From Takakia lepidozioides (taxonomy: Eukaryota > Plantae > Bryophyta), in the NCBI GenBank assembly GCA_030704615.1, contig CM060734.1, forward strand, positions 27,280,001-27,344,000: DNA of 64,000 nt, given 5' to 3'. Both the position numbers and the translations under genes were made by a program. Of the stretch, positions 24,500 to 37,969 are shown piece by piece; the first letter of the stretch is position 1; each line of letters begins with the position of its first letter. The notes under the pieces were generated by a model that searched no databases, was not told where the DNA came from, and saw only the letters and a program-made list of their open reading frames with translations.

Positions 24500-27009
24500 T
24501 TGCACATTTAAGTTTTCGCAACCTGAGACCTTTGGCCTACTCCCTACGTTTCTAGCCTTTCTAGTCATCTTCATCTAGATTTATTACTTCGTTGTCGTCA
24601 TCTCCAGATGTTGATGAAGATGCTCCGGGTGTAGAGGACGTGCCTCCACCAGTACGGAGAGCTCGAGCCTGGGCTCGAGTGGTCAAAGAGGACCCAGTGT
24701 TGTGTGGTCCACCCTTGCCATCATGCGTAGCGTCTAGGCGAGTGCTGACTCTCTTCCACCACATTTGCCAGAGCCGGGTGTGTCGCTCTTGCTATGGCGG
24801 CATGCAATTTTTTAATTAAATCCGATATGTTTGGAAGTGGCAAGAACACCCCTGGAAGAGGGGCAACTTGGTCACGCCATGTGTTCTACCAATACTTTTC
24901 CACACTCGTGATGACAGCCTTGAAATTGTCCAACACCTCCTCTTGTTGGGGGTCTCTGCGCAACTTTGGAAGAAATGGCTCATCATCCCGATGAGGCACC
25001 TAGTACGTCTCATTCATATCCTCCCAACGGATGCTAGCGGCCTCCAACTCCCTCAGAAATAGGTCTCTCCAATCGGTTCGCGATTGTATGGGTCATTTTC
25101 CGCTGGCACCCGGATCCTCAGGCAGTCGAAAGAATCTTGTCTGGTACAGCTCCAATGCTCTCCCAAGTTCCGGCAAAAAAGCTCCATTTGGACTGGGTCT
25201 CGTATGCCTCTAGTACGCACGGTTATTTCCCAGTTGGATGTCACCCAAAAGGTCACCGGATCTTTAACCCTAGTTAACGTCTTCGCATCCAAGGCGTGCA
25301 TCTCTCTTGGAGCATCCCATGTCATTGTCTCCCCCCACTGCTGCCAATTTAAAAAATCATAAGGCGATACATCCAATGGCATGTTGTACTGGTTGTACTC
25401 GTATCCCGTGGGCATATTGTCTTGCAACCCAAACAACTCGTAGAAACGTCGATGGATTGGTCCACGGCAGTCGGGGCATTGGCTGGCTCGCATGGCTGCC
25501 GATATGAGACATGTGGGATGGAACAAATGGCCACATGAACCAAGCATATAGCCTCCCTCCGGTCCATAAGGGTTTAGGCATATTGTGCACACCGTACCAT
25601 CTGTTACCCATGACGCTGGATTGCTCTGTGGTATCCACGTCCATTTATCCTCATTAATGTAGGATGACATCCTCGGCCTGGTGTTCCCACTCCCCTCTAC
25701 TTCCAAATCCCAGTTTATGCTGTTATTGGTATCGGAAATTGTATGCACACAGTGCTCAAACATGGCATGCACATCACCCCATGTGGTGAATCCAGTGTAC
25801 TTCGACGTGAATACATCACGCATAGTGTCGTGCCTTTGTAAATTAGCATAGATGCTATTTACGCTTCAATTTGACAAACGTGCTGCACGTTGGAGGGAGG
25901 ACAACGCTTCTTCTATCCGTGTTTCCCGCGATGCTAGATGGCCCGCCCATGTCACCCAATTCCGTCAATTCCCCTTCAACCATGGCCACGATCGGATTTG
26001 CATGGCACTTAAGTACCGATATGCAACAGCCCTAGCTTGCTATCGTTCCCCCACAAGCTGCTATAATTCTTGTTCTTGGGCCGATGTAATTTGCACGGCT
26101 GAACATTCCCCAGTTTCCACTATGGGTCCTTCCCTTTTCTTGCCCTCTCCGCCGCAAGTCTTTCTTCCTCAACCCTCGCCGGGTCTAGTTCAGACGTTTG
26201 CACTTCATTCCCATGTCCGATTGAGTCAACCCCGTCGATGACGCGATCAATGTCCATTGGTGGCATATTCAAGCGCGCCAATATGTCTTGCTCGTTGGTG
26301 ATTGGCCTCGGGTCCTGAAGCACACCGCGTACGCTGTCGAGAGTCCAACCACCATTCTTTCCAGCAACTTCGCTAGTTGCCACCGTTGCAAATGAACAAT
26401 GTCCTGCAGGTCTTTGATGTACTATTCATGTGCGGCCAACTGTTCTTCCAACAGAGAGCGTACCTCGCTCCCCTCCACCTCAGACGTTGAAGGCCCGGCT
26501 GCGGAGACCTGTTGCGGCGTATAATCTGGAGGTTGGTCTGCATTTCCTCCTTTTCCACATCGTCGTTCCATCCGCCTTCCTTCTTTTTCCACTCGTCTTC
26601 CATCGAACCGTATGATGTCCTGCCCCTGACGTATATACAAGTCTGGGATATCAGAGAACATGTATAGTCTAGTACGTTGTCTCGCAGTGGCAGTTTGCCA
26701 ATCCACTGTTCGCAATAAAATCAACTCTCTGTACAACATGGCCGCAAATAAATACGGGACCTTGTTGTTGACGAGCGGTTGACCCCACAATGTTGTATGT
26801 ACCTCCTCTGCCCTGTGGCGGAAATGCGGGTTGGCGCAGGAATGCAAGCTAACCTGGTTCCGCAAGAATGTTAGGGTCATTATATATGTCCCAACGAAGT
26901 TCGCGCCTGGCCCCTTTTGGTTTTTTTTGGGAGATTCATTATCGTCATCCCTGGGATGAAAGTCTTCCTCCTCCGCCATTTGTGGCTTTGGCTTACCCCT
27001 ACTCGACAA
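24500..27009 (-). pseudogene. Frameshifted, apparently intronless gene with RING-H2 finger (putative E3 ligase)
   Basis: ORF 25053-25823 contains CTIC...CGHLFHPTC...CPDC (C3H2C3). Collinear ORF pieces 26422-27009, 26120-26383, 24816-25013 and 24561-24764 on the same strand. Confidence 0.7.
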
Positions 27010-27327
27010 GTGTTTGCTAAGAACAATGCTCTCCCAACCCTCCTAAATCGTACCTAATCCTACTTCCTAATGAATCCTCCCCAAGTACTAGAGGCACGTG
27101 TCACTCCCTCGGCAGTTCTAAGTGATATGACGCAATGTGGCAATGAAAAAAAACGTGGGTGCTAGAGGAGGAGGCGAGAGAATCCCCGGAGGTGACCACC
27201 CTAGAGGGCCAAAATACCCCCCACCCAACCAATAGCACCCCTCTCCACTTGGACTCAATGACAAGGAATGTAACATCCCATCGCCCACCAAGTCCTGGTG
27301 TAGAGAAAAGTGAGGGAGAGAATGGCC

Positions 27328-27333
27328 TTTATA
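27328..27333 (-). promoter_or_regulatory. Putative TATA box of the RING gene
   Basis: TATAAA on the minus strand ~55 bp from array 2, followed by a pyrimidine-rich stretch. Confidence 0.45.
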
Positions 27334-27387
27334 AGCCCCCTCCACACTCGAGCGCGCGCTGTCATCATGACTGCGCACGCTATTATG

Positions 27388-28212
27388 TGCGACCACCAGC
27401 AGGGGGGTGGTCGCAGAAGAATTTATTTTTTTTAATAGGTGCGACCACCAGCAGGGGGGTGGTCGCAGAATTTTTTTTTTTTTAATAGGTGCGACCACCA
27501 GCAGGGGGGTGGTCGCAGATTTGTTTATGTTTTTTTTTTTTTTTTTTAATGGGTACGACCACCAGCAGGGGGTGGTCGCAGATTTTTTATTTATTTTTAG
27601 TGGGTGCGACCACCAGCAGGGGGGTGGTCGCATAATTTTTTTTTTTTAATAATAGGCGCGACCACCAGCATAGGGGTGGTCGCAGAAATTTTGTTTAAAA
27701 CAAATAGGTGCGACCACCACCTGCTGGTGGTCGCACTATTTCCTTTTCTTTAATAGATGCGACCACCAGCAGGGGGGTGGTCGTAGGGGGGTGGTCGCAT
27801 AATTTTCCGATTTTTTAATATCTACCAACAGTCAGTAGCTCAGTTGGTTAAGTACACTGAGTGCGACCTGGACGATTCTGGGGTCAAATCTTGCTACTTG
27901 ATGGGTGTGGTATGGTTTGTGTGTGGTGCCCCATTCCTACGCCTCTTGGCGCATAAATGAAAGAGGTTATTTTCTCCTCTCACTACTAAGGGGCCTTATT
28001 TGTGAGCTGTCGCTCCCAAGTGTTTCCCAAAATAAAATAAAATAAAATCTGCGACCACCAGCAGGGATAATCAGTAAATCAGTAAATAGGTGCGACTACC
28101 AGCAGGGGGGTGGTCGCAACATTTTTCTTTTATTTTAACAGTTGCGACGACCGCTACTGGTGGTCACACAATTGTTTTTTTTAAAATAGGTACGACCACC
28201 AGGAGGTTGGTC
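27388..28212. repeat. Hairpin array 2 (same unit), interrupted by a SINE
   Basis: About 11 TGCGACCACC...GGTGGTCGCA units. Confidence 0.92.
27824..28046 (+). mobile_element. tRNA-derived SINE (older copy)
   Basis: A box TAGCTCAGTTGG, B-box-like GGTCAAATC, 3' body homologous to 61146-61371, (AAAAT)n tail; inserted at ATCT before a hairpin unit. Confidence 0.8.
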
Positions 28213-29087
28213 CCCTTGCACCTGTATGTATGTTTGGAGAGGCAGATAAAAAGCACATGTATCGACTCCCCACGGATTTGTGAAGGGGAAGATGAATGTT
28301 GGGAGCTGCATCTGGCCTTTGTGGCTTTCAAAACCATAATAGGAAATCAACAATGTAAAGGTAATGACGAAACACAAACACACGCACAACCACCAAACCC
28401 TTTCTTGGGTACACATATTCCACCATTTTTATTTCCGTACACGTATGCATATACCCAAACTGAAACATGGATATCCATGGAAACATACTACACATCATGT
28501 GACATGTCACAGAAGTTATAGCTGTACCTAATTCCGTCTGGCACAACGACGATGGTATGATCTCATGTCTAGTACAAAATCTTCGTCCCCACTCACTTCA
28601 CCCCCGTTCCCATGATCAGTGCTAGAATCATGATCTCCATCTGTTCTTTTGTTTCCAGAGGCAACTGGCCGTTGGACCTGTAGTCGTCCTCGGAGTACGT
28701 TTAGTTCTCTCTGGTTGATTTTCACTCCTATCTTGAATACCATCTAGGGTATCAGGCCTGTTCATAGGTCGGTCACCAACAAAAGGTTGCACAATTCTCT
28801 GCCGTTTCTGGGCTTGTCTCGGATTTCGTGGTGGCCTTGGAGCAGGTCTCGTATGAGGAAGGCTACTCGCACGTACATCAGAGGGGCCGACTTGAGAGGA
28901 AGGGGCATGAGATGGACCAGCGAGGGTCGAGGGAGCACGGTTCACATGCGGACGTCGTCGGGCCAGATGAAACGACAATGGCCGGTCGTCGTCATCCGAT
29001 GGTTCGACTTGCAGAAGTCCCGCAACAGAAGAACCATCTCCCAGGATCGGAGTAGCGATGGAAGGAATTACATGAGGGGGAGAGAGA

Positions 29088-30290
29088 CTAGATGGACCAG
29101 CATGGGATGGACCGGCTTGAGAAAGAGAAATATGAGATGGAGCGGGGTGAGATGAAGCACGGTTCACAGGGGCACAAATGTCGGTGAAGGAATGACAACG
29201 GCTGGTTGTCACCATCCGACGATTCGACCTGCACATCTCCCGCAGTCCGTAGAACTCGTGGTGGGGGAGAGTTGACCTCAACTTCATTGTTGAGAGTGTG
29301 CTCCACTGGGGGAAGGGGGTCCGCAATTGGGATGACACCATGTCGCAGTTCATCAACAACAAGGTCATCGAAGGATGGATGCATTGCAGCATCATCGTCA
29401 TTAAATTCATATGGGTCATGTGGAGGATTGCCCACATCATCGGACCCATCCCAACCGTCGGAGTCGGAGTCCCTCGCGGCGTCAGTGTCACCATTGCTGC
29501 TAGATTGGACCTCTGAGGCAGATTCTTCAGACAATAGATTCTTCTCGTACCATGCAGATGCGTCACTTGCTCTCCTCTCTCGCAATAGCCTACAATTTGT
29601 GTAGACATAAACCAGTTTGTCAGCCCTGGCAGGATTCAACCTGTTGCGAATCTTGTTGTGAACAAACAAGTAACTGCTCCAGTTCCGCTCACAGGACGAG
29701 GCAGAGCACACTTGAGCAAAAATACGCTTTGCAATGGGAGCTAACGTTCATGCTCCAGCTCCAATCAGATCCCACCATTCATGTGACAACATGTTCATTG
29801 CTTTTGGATCCGGCATGTCATGGAAAGGATTTTTCCGATCGGAGAAGCACTGGTACTCGGACAACGCTCGCTCTGCCATGTTCAAGGGCGCAAGTTGCAT
29901 GATGACCCGTACAAGCCCGGCTTTGGTATCCACATCGTTTCTCAAATCCGTATTTTCCAGCAAGAATGGATTCAGCAAGCCCCCCGCATAATGCAAGTCC
30001 GTGCAAACCATCCGTTTGCGGTCGTAAAATGCATCCTCGGTCCTTGCCGCCAAATCATCGTCCATAGAAAATGGAGGACGCCTCAAGGATTGCACGTGCT
30101 TCTCAAGGTTTTCCAATATCAACCATATTTTACCCATTATTGGTTGTTTTCCATCAAACTCCCGCAAAGCAATCAACACCGGCTCCACCATGTACACAAA
30201 ATTTACACATTTCGCCCAAAAATCGTCGGAGCGAATGATTGCGCGGACCCTCCGACTTTTGCTCAAAGACTTGGACTTATGTGAAAGAAA
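29088..30290 (-). pseudogene. hAT transposase C-terminal part including the dimerisation domain
   Basis: DDFWAKC..EPVLIALREFDG..MGKIW, LHYAGGLLNP, HEWW, CSASSCERNWS..HNKIRNRL...ADKLVYVYTN; one in-frame stop. Confidence 0.92.
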
Positions 30291-30321
30291 GTGAGTGAAT
30301 GGGGGGGGGGGATTCCTGCAC

Positions 30322-31980
30322 CTTCCAGTATGGCAAATCCCAAAGGATTGTCCGGCGCTTCACCCCGTGCTCCATGGCTGGATCCGCACTACTTCCTTCT
30401 CTCCCTCCAATCTCCATGAACGCCTCTTTCTCCTTTGCAAATTGCAATGTCTCCTCCGGTGTCACAGCATTTGGTGCCATTCTCTTTTCAACACATCCAT
30501 TGAAGTGCCTTCCTGCTCGTCGGTAGGGGTGGTTTCTTGCAAGGTAACGTCGATGCCCCATGTATATTGTCTTCCCCAATGGCTTTGAGTGCCGTGAATC
30601 CACATAGGGCCCACAAATGGGGCACCCTTTGTAGCCCATCGTCTTGCAACCCGCAACAAGGCCATATGCGGGGAAATCGTGGATTGACCACATGAGTATG
30701 GCACGGAGGGTGAAACTCTATTGCCCTACTGGTTTCAAAATGTTGTAAGCTTCAACTCCAATCCATAGTTCCTGTAGCTCTTCAATCAATGGTTGCAAAT
30801 ACACATCTATGTTTGCATTTGTCACGGACTCCTTGCCTGGAATCAAGAGAGACAACATGACAAAGAATTTATTTGATGTCAACCATGGTGGCAGGTTGTA
30901 TGCCACCAACTGCACGGGCCATGTGGACCATGTGCAACTCTTTGATCCGTATGGGTTTACTCCATCCGTAGATACGGCCAATCGCACATTGCGTGGGTCC
31001 TCGGCAAAATCGGGCCAAGTTGCATCTATATGCTTCCATGCAAGGGAATCTGGGACATGCCTTACCAAACCATCGTTTGAGGCATTCCTGGAATGCCAAG
31101 TCATGAGCTCACTAATGGTCTTGCATTTGTACATTCGTAATAGACGGGGGATAAGGGGAAAGTGCCTCAACACCTTGGCTAGCTGTTGTAACCTGCCCAC
31201 ATCATGGTATCGAGCTGCACCGCATTTGGGGCACTCCATAGCATCCTTGTACTCTCTTCTGAAAAGTACATGTCCTTTTGGACATGCATGTATTTTCACG
31301 TAGTTGAGGCCGAGCTTCCCAATCATTTGTTTGGCCATGTGACAGCTTTTTGGCATTTCATTTGGTTGTGGAAGCAAGTTCAGCCGAAGCAAAGAGAACA
31401 ACTCGTCCACAAAATGGTCTGAGACACCGTGGGTTGTGCACAGGTTCATCAACAGCATGGTGGCAACAAGCTTTGTGGATTTGCATCCCTCGTACAGTGG
31501 CACACATGCTTCTTCTAGTGTCATGTGTGCTGAATTCTCATCTCCATCTCCACCTCCTTCCACGCCTTCCCCCATGTGAATGCCTTCATTTCCTGCGTCA
31601 TCACCATCCCCAATTGTCGCTGCGCCGTCCCCCTCTTCAGCATCGTCCATGATGTGGAATGCTTCCTGCAACATTCGAGTAATCTCCACCCCTCCGTCCA
31701 TGCCTGGTTCATGTCCTGCGCCCATGACATAGTCCTCGTTTGGCCTGTCTGTATGGCTCCCCCGGGGGTGTGCATTGTCCAATTGTGCCCACTCCTCATC
31801 GTCTTCGTCTGCAGGTCCATCTCCAATCCACGCCCGAAATGCTTCATGTCTTTTGTGGTGAAGGAGATGTGTGCGCACACCGTCCTCAGATCTACTTGTA
31901 GTGCCCAAACAACGTTCACATGGGCATGGCATCCTTGAAAGCCCAAGGGCTCGGGCACGTGCCACTTCTCTTTCCCACAA
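30322..31980 (-). pseudogene. CACTA (En/Spm) Tnp2/TnpD transposase, 5' half
   Basis: CPCERC, IHACP..C PKC, FPLIPRL, HVPDSLAWKHID..FAEDPRNVRLAVSTDGVNP, YNLPPW, DVYLQPLIEEL, DFPAYG, CPIC, GHRRYL, LPYWK followed by a GT donor; stop at 30718. Confidence 0.95.
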
Positions 31981-34900
31981 CCTGTCATCTCGGGTGTTCT
32001 GTCTGTAGGGGTGATTAATTGGAAGTCCTCCTCATGGGCAAGGGGAACTCATTTTTGTTGGGGAGCTTATTCAATGCAGTTTGTGCACGCCGTTGCAGGG
32101 GGCCGGATTCTCCTTTGCAGAGACTCCTCAATTTGGCTCTGCCACTCCCATTTCACTACCGTCAATTCCCTCCTCCTGCAATCTCAATTTGAAAGGTTCA
32201 GCCGCACATCCTTTGGCAGAGAAGACAGTTGACATTTTATACCAACTGGTAGATTCCATAACATGATGGAAAGTTACACTCAACAGCAAACCATTTAAAA
32301 GCCATCAAGATGCTTTCCATCATAACTAGAATCTTTTCAACAAGACACTGAGAGAAATGACCAAAATCGACTCAAACAACAACATCCTGGAAAACCACGT
32401 GTCTCTACAGTTCGTGTGTGTATGAGGAATCGGAGGACGTACGTGGAATTTCAATTTTCACGATTCAGGACGTTGTGATCTTGGGCATATGGTTGAATGT
32501 GTATGAAATGTGTGTATTGAAGTGTGAACAACCCGACTACAAGACCAGAACCTACGCCACTTGTCTTAGGCCATAATGAGTGAACTCCACTCATCGGCGG
32601 TCATCGTCTGCACAATTTCCAGCTGCATCGATTCGTCTCTCAAAATCACATTACGATCAAAAATTTGTAGCAGGGGGTAGTTTGCCCAATGCCACCCTCA
32701 GCGGAAGAGCGAGACGGATTGAGGATTCATGTATTGGAAGGTTGAATTCCATCACGGATTCGGCCGCGGTCTCCAAATCACGTTTCGGCGGACAATCCCG
32801 TTCCGTTGCCTTGAAATTGCACCGTGGCGGGAATGGAGTCCATTTGTATGGCTCTATCACCATGGCGGGAAGGGGAGCATGTTAAGAATGGAGCTTCGCC
32901 CTGCCACTTCACTCATTTGCAGTTTGCAGCTTCTTCCACCATCTTTCTTACTTAATTGTGATTCTTGCAATGTTGTCTTTGAGACAGCAACTGCAAGTGA
33001 CCGGATCCTTTGATTGTCGCCTTCAAAGACACTTACATGTAGCAGATCGCAGACCCCCAAATGCCTGGAGAGAAAGCCAGACGGCAGTCAATGCATGCAC
33101 AGTTGTTTTGCACTGGTTGGGACGGAGTGGGGTGCAAAGGAGGCGTGTTGTGCCAGAGTTCGCATGCCTAGCATCCTGCAGCCGGCGGCTTTTGCACGTT
33201 GGGCAGCAGTACCCTCTGCTGTATGATTACCATTTGTGGTACAGACTCACCGGCCTCCCCTGTCCACTTGGGTCTTGGGACAGTGACTTATGGAGTATGT
33301 AGACAGAGTTGCATGTCGCGCAGGTACAACAAAATCTCCCATGCAATTCTCCTTCCATTTCTCATTCATGCTTGCATGTGATCCACAGGGTAATTTCCAT
33401 GTTCTCCCAGCTGATGTGGGTTCGCAAATTCTCGGTGTACAGGTGTGTGTGTGAGGACCTCAACCTGGCATGGTGCGATAGGTGTCGAATGGACCCTTCT
33501 CTGCGATGGGTGAACCACTATAGTTGAGTTTGTTTTTGCTGAATCATTTGGCAGAGCACTGTGTTCACTTCTCACACATCATGCGCATTTTCTCCAAGAA
33601 TGCATGTAAAGCGGAGCCATACACGGCATCATTGCAGTGTGTTTCCTTCGCCTAATTTTGAACAAAATAAAGTTAACGGATCCATGTCAGTTGTGTGAAT
33701 CACTACATCTAGTTGTCTGGAGGACTGTAAGTGGTTATTTTGAAACGTCTCAAAGTCGAAAAGGCCATAGTGTCGGATGCACGACACGTGTTCCTATTTG
33801 AAATCAACAACGGCCGGATCTTCACTACAGATCGGGGGGGTGTGTGATCACACTCCCCTCCTTGTCCTTCTTTCCTCCTTTGCATGTCTTGGTCTTCCTC
33901 GCTCGTCTTTGTCTTGGTCATGGTCTATGTCCTCGCTCGTCTTCATCTTTGTCATGGTCTATGTCCACGCCTAGTAAGAAGCGCTCGACCGCCGAGGCAG
34001 CATCACCTCCTCCCACTTCTGCACATTCCAGCCCCGTGGTGCAAAGGAGCCCCCGCCTGGCTCGACTGAATCCACAAAAGATGGCCTCAGTGCGAGAGGG
34101 AAGGCGGCACGGTGGGCGGTCTTCGAGTTTGGATTCTGACACAAGCGAGTATAGCATGGGCGACGACGATGACGTGGATGACAGTTCGGCGGAAACTGCA
34201 CCTCCATGTGCAGAGTCTCTCCAAAAGGTGCGCAAACGGCACAAACCCGCTGCGCATGAGGTGAGTTCTACCCCTACTTGTGTTCTTGTTTTCTGGGCGT
34301 TGAGTTCTCCTCAAACTGAAACTAGGATGCACATATCCATAAAGTTGTTCAAACAAGAAGGGCAAAGCGCCGAGTCTCACTAAATTGTTCTCGTACAGAG
34401 GGATTAACTTTGAGGTCAAGAAAACCTTGCTTTGTCGCGTCATTGGACTTGCCTTGGAATACGCATTTGCTATATGGGTTGATAACTCCAACGAGGCTAG
34501 GTCTGTAGAATCCTTCCAAGTGGGGGTGCTTAAGGAGTGGATGTCCGCATGCTCCAAAATAGCCAATGTGGCTGTTCATGGTGAGTTTGGCATCCCTTCC
34601 TTAACCGGAAGTGGTGGGAATAGCTGGTGAGATGGTGGAGTCTATTGCAACACATGTCTTTATACCAGATATCATAAGTTAATTGACTCTATATCTTGGA
34701 AAGAGGACCGCCCAGCCAAACAGGCCAAGTCCTGCCAGAAGAGACTAGACGAGACTCTCAAGGATCTGAATGTGGACCGTCAAGTCTTGACCTTGCTGGA
34801 ACCATGTGACTTAGAGACTGTAGTGTCCAAAGCCATGTGTGCTGCCACAAAATTGTGTAATGACAAAGAAGTTAGGCATAAAACATCCATGAACCTATTT

Positions 34901-35875
34901 CTAGATTGTGACATAGGGGAGGACCTCCTGGATGACCTGAAGGGTCTACCCACTGTGTGCACCAGACTGAAATTGTGGATTTGGTGAGGAAGCCTACCTT
35001 TGGACAACAAACAGAAGCTGAGAGGGATGAGAGAGTGCTATTGCCCGTTCTGTGGGCTCCACAAACACAATATTCATTGTCTGATTCACTGCCCGGGGTG
35101 CTATCACTAGACAGACCACCGGATATCCAAGCTATCAATTGAATTGTGTCTGCACCTGTGTTTACCAACATTGAGAGTCTTTAGGCCTCTTGGGGCTCCA
35201 TTGCTGGGCAAGCACATACAGCCAGCACATGATTGTGTGAATAGATGTCCACTGGATATGTGGAAAACCCGGATGGATGTTCTGTTTCCTGGTAAGTTTC
35301 ATGTGGTACTGATGTGAACCCGCCCACATTCTGCTTCTTCACCAATGAATGGCCTTACATGTTATGAGGACATTATGTCCCTCTCCTTTTCATTTTTTGG
35401 CACTTGCACTGCAGGGGAGTGGGTTCGAGGTCTGCTGTTTATGGTTGTGGTTGTGGGATGGTTTGTGCTCTGGTGACGTTGTGTTCAGTAGGACTACAGC
35501 TGATGCACCTTGTGTGTGGGATGTTTTTGGCAGCGGAAGGGGAGTGAAGCTGTAGCAAAGCACTCACAGCCACCATACAATGCCAACCAACACCCACCTT
35601 GGCACCCACCCCCTGCCGGATGGTCTCCACAACATAGTGCACCATGGGGAGCCCCCCCTGCTTCGGGGTCGTGGCGCTGGCTTCCTGATGCTGGCACGTC
35701 ACAATGGGGGCCTCCCACATCTCCATACGGCCCTCCCCCCTCCGGCACACATCAGTCACCCCCCACAACGTATGACGGCGCTGCTCCAGAGCATGGGGGC
35801 AAGAAACGGTCATCAGAGCTGAGGAAGGAACGATGCCATGCCATGAAACAATAGGAAGGAGATGGAGAGGGAAGG

Positions 35876-36345
35876 GTGGCTGCAGGGCTAAAGCGCCACA
35901 AGGTGGAGGTGCATGGAAATGGAGTCATCAATGTTGGCTGCGAAGGTAAGGAACACTGGCAGCGTGATTTGCGTGGCCTGGCATTGCGTTACCTTGACTC
36001 AAGCATACAAGACATTGACCAGCAGTCCCAGAGTGCCATGTCAACAGTAATAGAGGGCATAAATGGAATGTACGAGTACACACCTATCCCTACCAATCGT
36101 GATTTTATAGTCAAGCAATGTGGGAAGATAATGAAAGGAGAAAGAGCAAAACTGAAAGATAAATGGGCGAAGACTGGTGTGAGGCCAATGAACACTGAAC
36201 CCGCCTATTGGGATAAGCTTGTTGCCTACTGGGAGTCCCCTCGTGGACTTGCAAAGGCCGAAGGGATGAAGCAAGCGCGTGCTTGTGTCACGAACCCCTC
36301 GCGTTGGGGCCGGGCAGGAGTTGCAGGCCAAGCAGCCCGTTTGGT
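35876..36345 (+). pseudogene. CACTA accessory (TnpA / Ptta-En/Spm-like) exon
   Basis: RP...YWDKLVAYWES....KAEGMKQARA....SRWGRAG resembles the plant transposase_24-type motif. Confidence 0.6.
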
Positions 36346-37299
36346 AATCTCCCACACCCCCTTCTCATTGCTCTTACGTTGTGGCATGTTGTGATGGAAG
36401 AGACACCCACGAGTGGGTTTTATTCCTTGTGCAGAATTAGTTGTTATGTGATATGCAGGGCAGTGCTTTGTCCATATGCTCCTGGCATTTTGTACTGACA
36501 GTGTGTGGATGGGCAAATACAGAAAAGACGCAAAGCGCGTAGCCCGTCATTGTCCGAGCTCGGGGCGGAGCAAAAGAACGCTGCGACTGGCACCCCATCA
36601 GAGTCTGTTTTGAGCCACGTATGTTTTGAAGTCCGGTTTCCATTCATGAATCTGTTGTTGTACTAAGATTTGGTGGGTATGTGGGGCCCCCACGCATGGT
36701 ACAGGAGGGGTGTTATGCCAAACCCAGCCATCTCCGAATGCCTGAAATCCTGCACATTCGGCCTCTTCTTCTGGTTTTTAGCAGTACGGGTGGGTGTTTG
36801 TATGCGTAGGGAGCGGGGAACTCAATGGCAACCCGCATCGGGGCCCTGGAGAGGCTTGCGGCTCTCTCTATGGAGCGGGAGAGGGGAATGGAAGCACAAC
36901 TGAAGAAGATAGTGGAACTCATGATGGGGCAAAAAAGGGTTGTGACGGGTGGCATTATAGAAGACCCCCCTGCTGCGACCATTGTACCTGACAAGGAGGA
37001 AGTAATTGTAGTGGGTAGGGATGTGACCGAGGTCCAGCCTGTTGTTGATGATATTCACAGTGGGGGGCAGGGTCCACTCGTTGAAGAGGGAGAGGTCCAG
37101 CAAGTTGGTGGGGATGACATGGACGATGGGGGGGTCATTGCTGATGATGGGGGAAAAGGGGAAGCTATAGGGGGAGAGGGTGGTAGTTTGCCTGGTCCAG
37201 GCTGCAGGGGGACCGAAACTTTGCCCTCCGGGGTGACTGTTGTCTCCCAACCCACTGAGGTGAGACCCCGTGACACCCCTTCAAAAGCTCCTTTCATTG

Positions 37300-37830
37300 A
37301 AAAGTCGAAACTAATTGTTCTAGACCTGAACGGGATCCTTTGCCACTCTATTCCTAACTTTCAGCCCAACCCAAGGCGTCATTGGCCATGGGTGTTGACC
37401 ACCAACAAATATGTTTTCCCAAGGCCCCAGGTCTGCGAGTTTTAAACCTTCTCTTCCGGTATTTCAACGTTGGGATATGGTCCTGTGCTTCCAAGGGGAA
37501 TGTTGCAGACATCTTGAAAATGGTGATGCAGGGGGTCAAGGGTTCTCCCTCTTTGTGTGGTCACAAGAGGAGTGTGACCCCTTGACAGAGCCACACCCCA
37601 CAAAAGGGCCTGCCGTACAGAACTTATAGAAGAGACTGTCGAGGGTGTGGTCGCAATTTTCTGGATTTAACGAATCCAACACCCTCTTAGTGGATGATTC
37701 ACCACACAAGGGGAGGGGGAACTCCCTTTGAACATGGTCCATCCATTGTCGTTTGATGTCACTGGCAATGTCAGTGGGGCCCGATTCAAACTACCTTTAG
37801 AAACAGTCTGGCCCTACTGCCAAGATTTGT
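37300..37830 (+). pseudogene. FCP1/NIF (HAD-family CTD phosphatase-like) domain, frameshifted
   Basis: KLIVLDLNGILCH, VFPRPQVCEF, FNVGIWSCA, FVWSQEEC, KRLSRVW, NTLLVDDSPHK in the expected order. Confidence 0.8.
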
Positions 37831-37969
37831 TTTGATCCAAGGATGTGTGTGTCTTCACAGGCACGCGAAAGCTGACCCCGACTGGCAGCTTGAATGTGGG
37901 AGAGGATGGGGTCGTTGGGGGAAGTGCTTCTGCGCCCATCCAGGTGAAACTAACCTTACTGTTTGCAAC

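Larger units (their letters stand above)
18331..30290 (-). mobile_element. Left part of a large hAT-associated element with cargo (kinase, RING, hAT 3' half); right part now at 48488-51027
   Basis: Candidate terminus CCTAGTTGCAAATTT followed by an ACGT-rich block related to 48488-48580; shared hairpin arrays; complementary hAT halves. No TIR pair or TSD confirmed. Confidence 0.5.

Noticed and set aside
32580-35854. Additional ORFs between the CACTA genes
   Set aside because: Probably degenerate CACTA exons or cargo, but no motif could be identified
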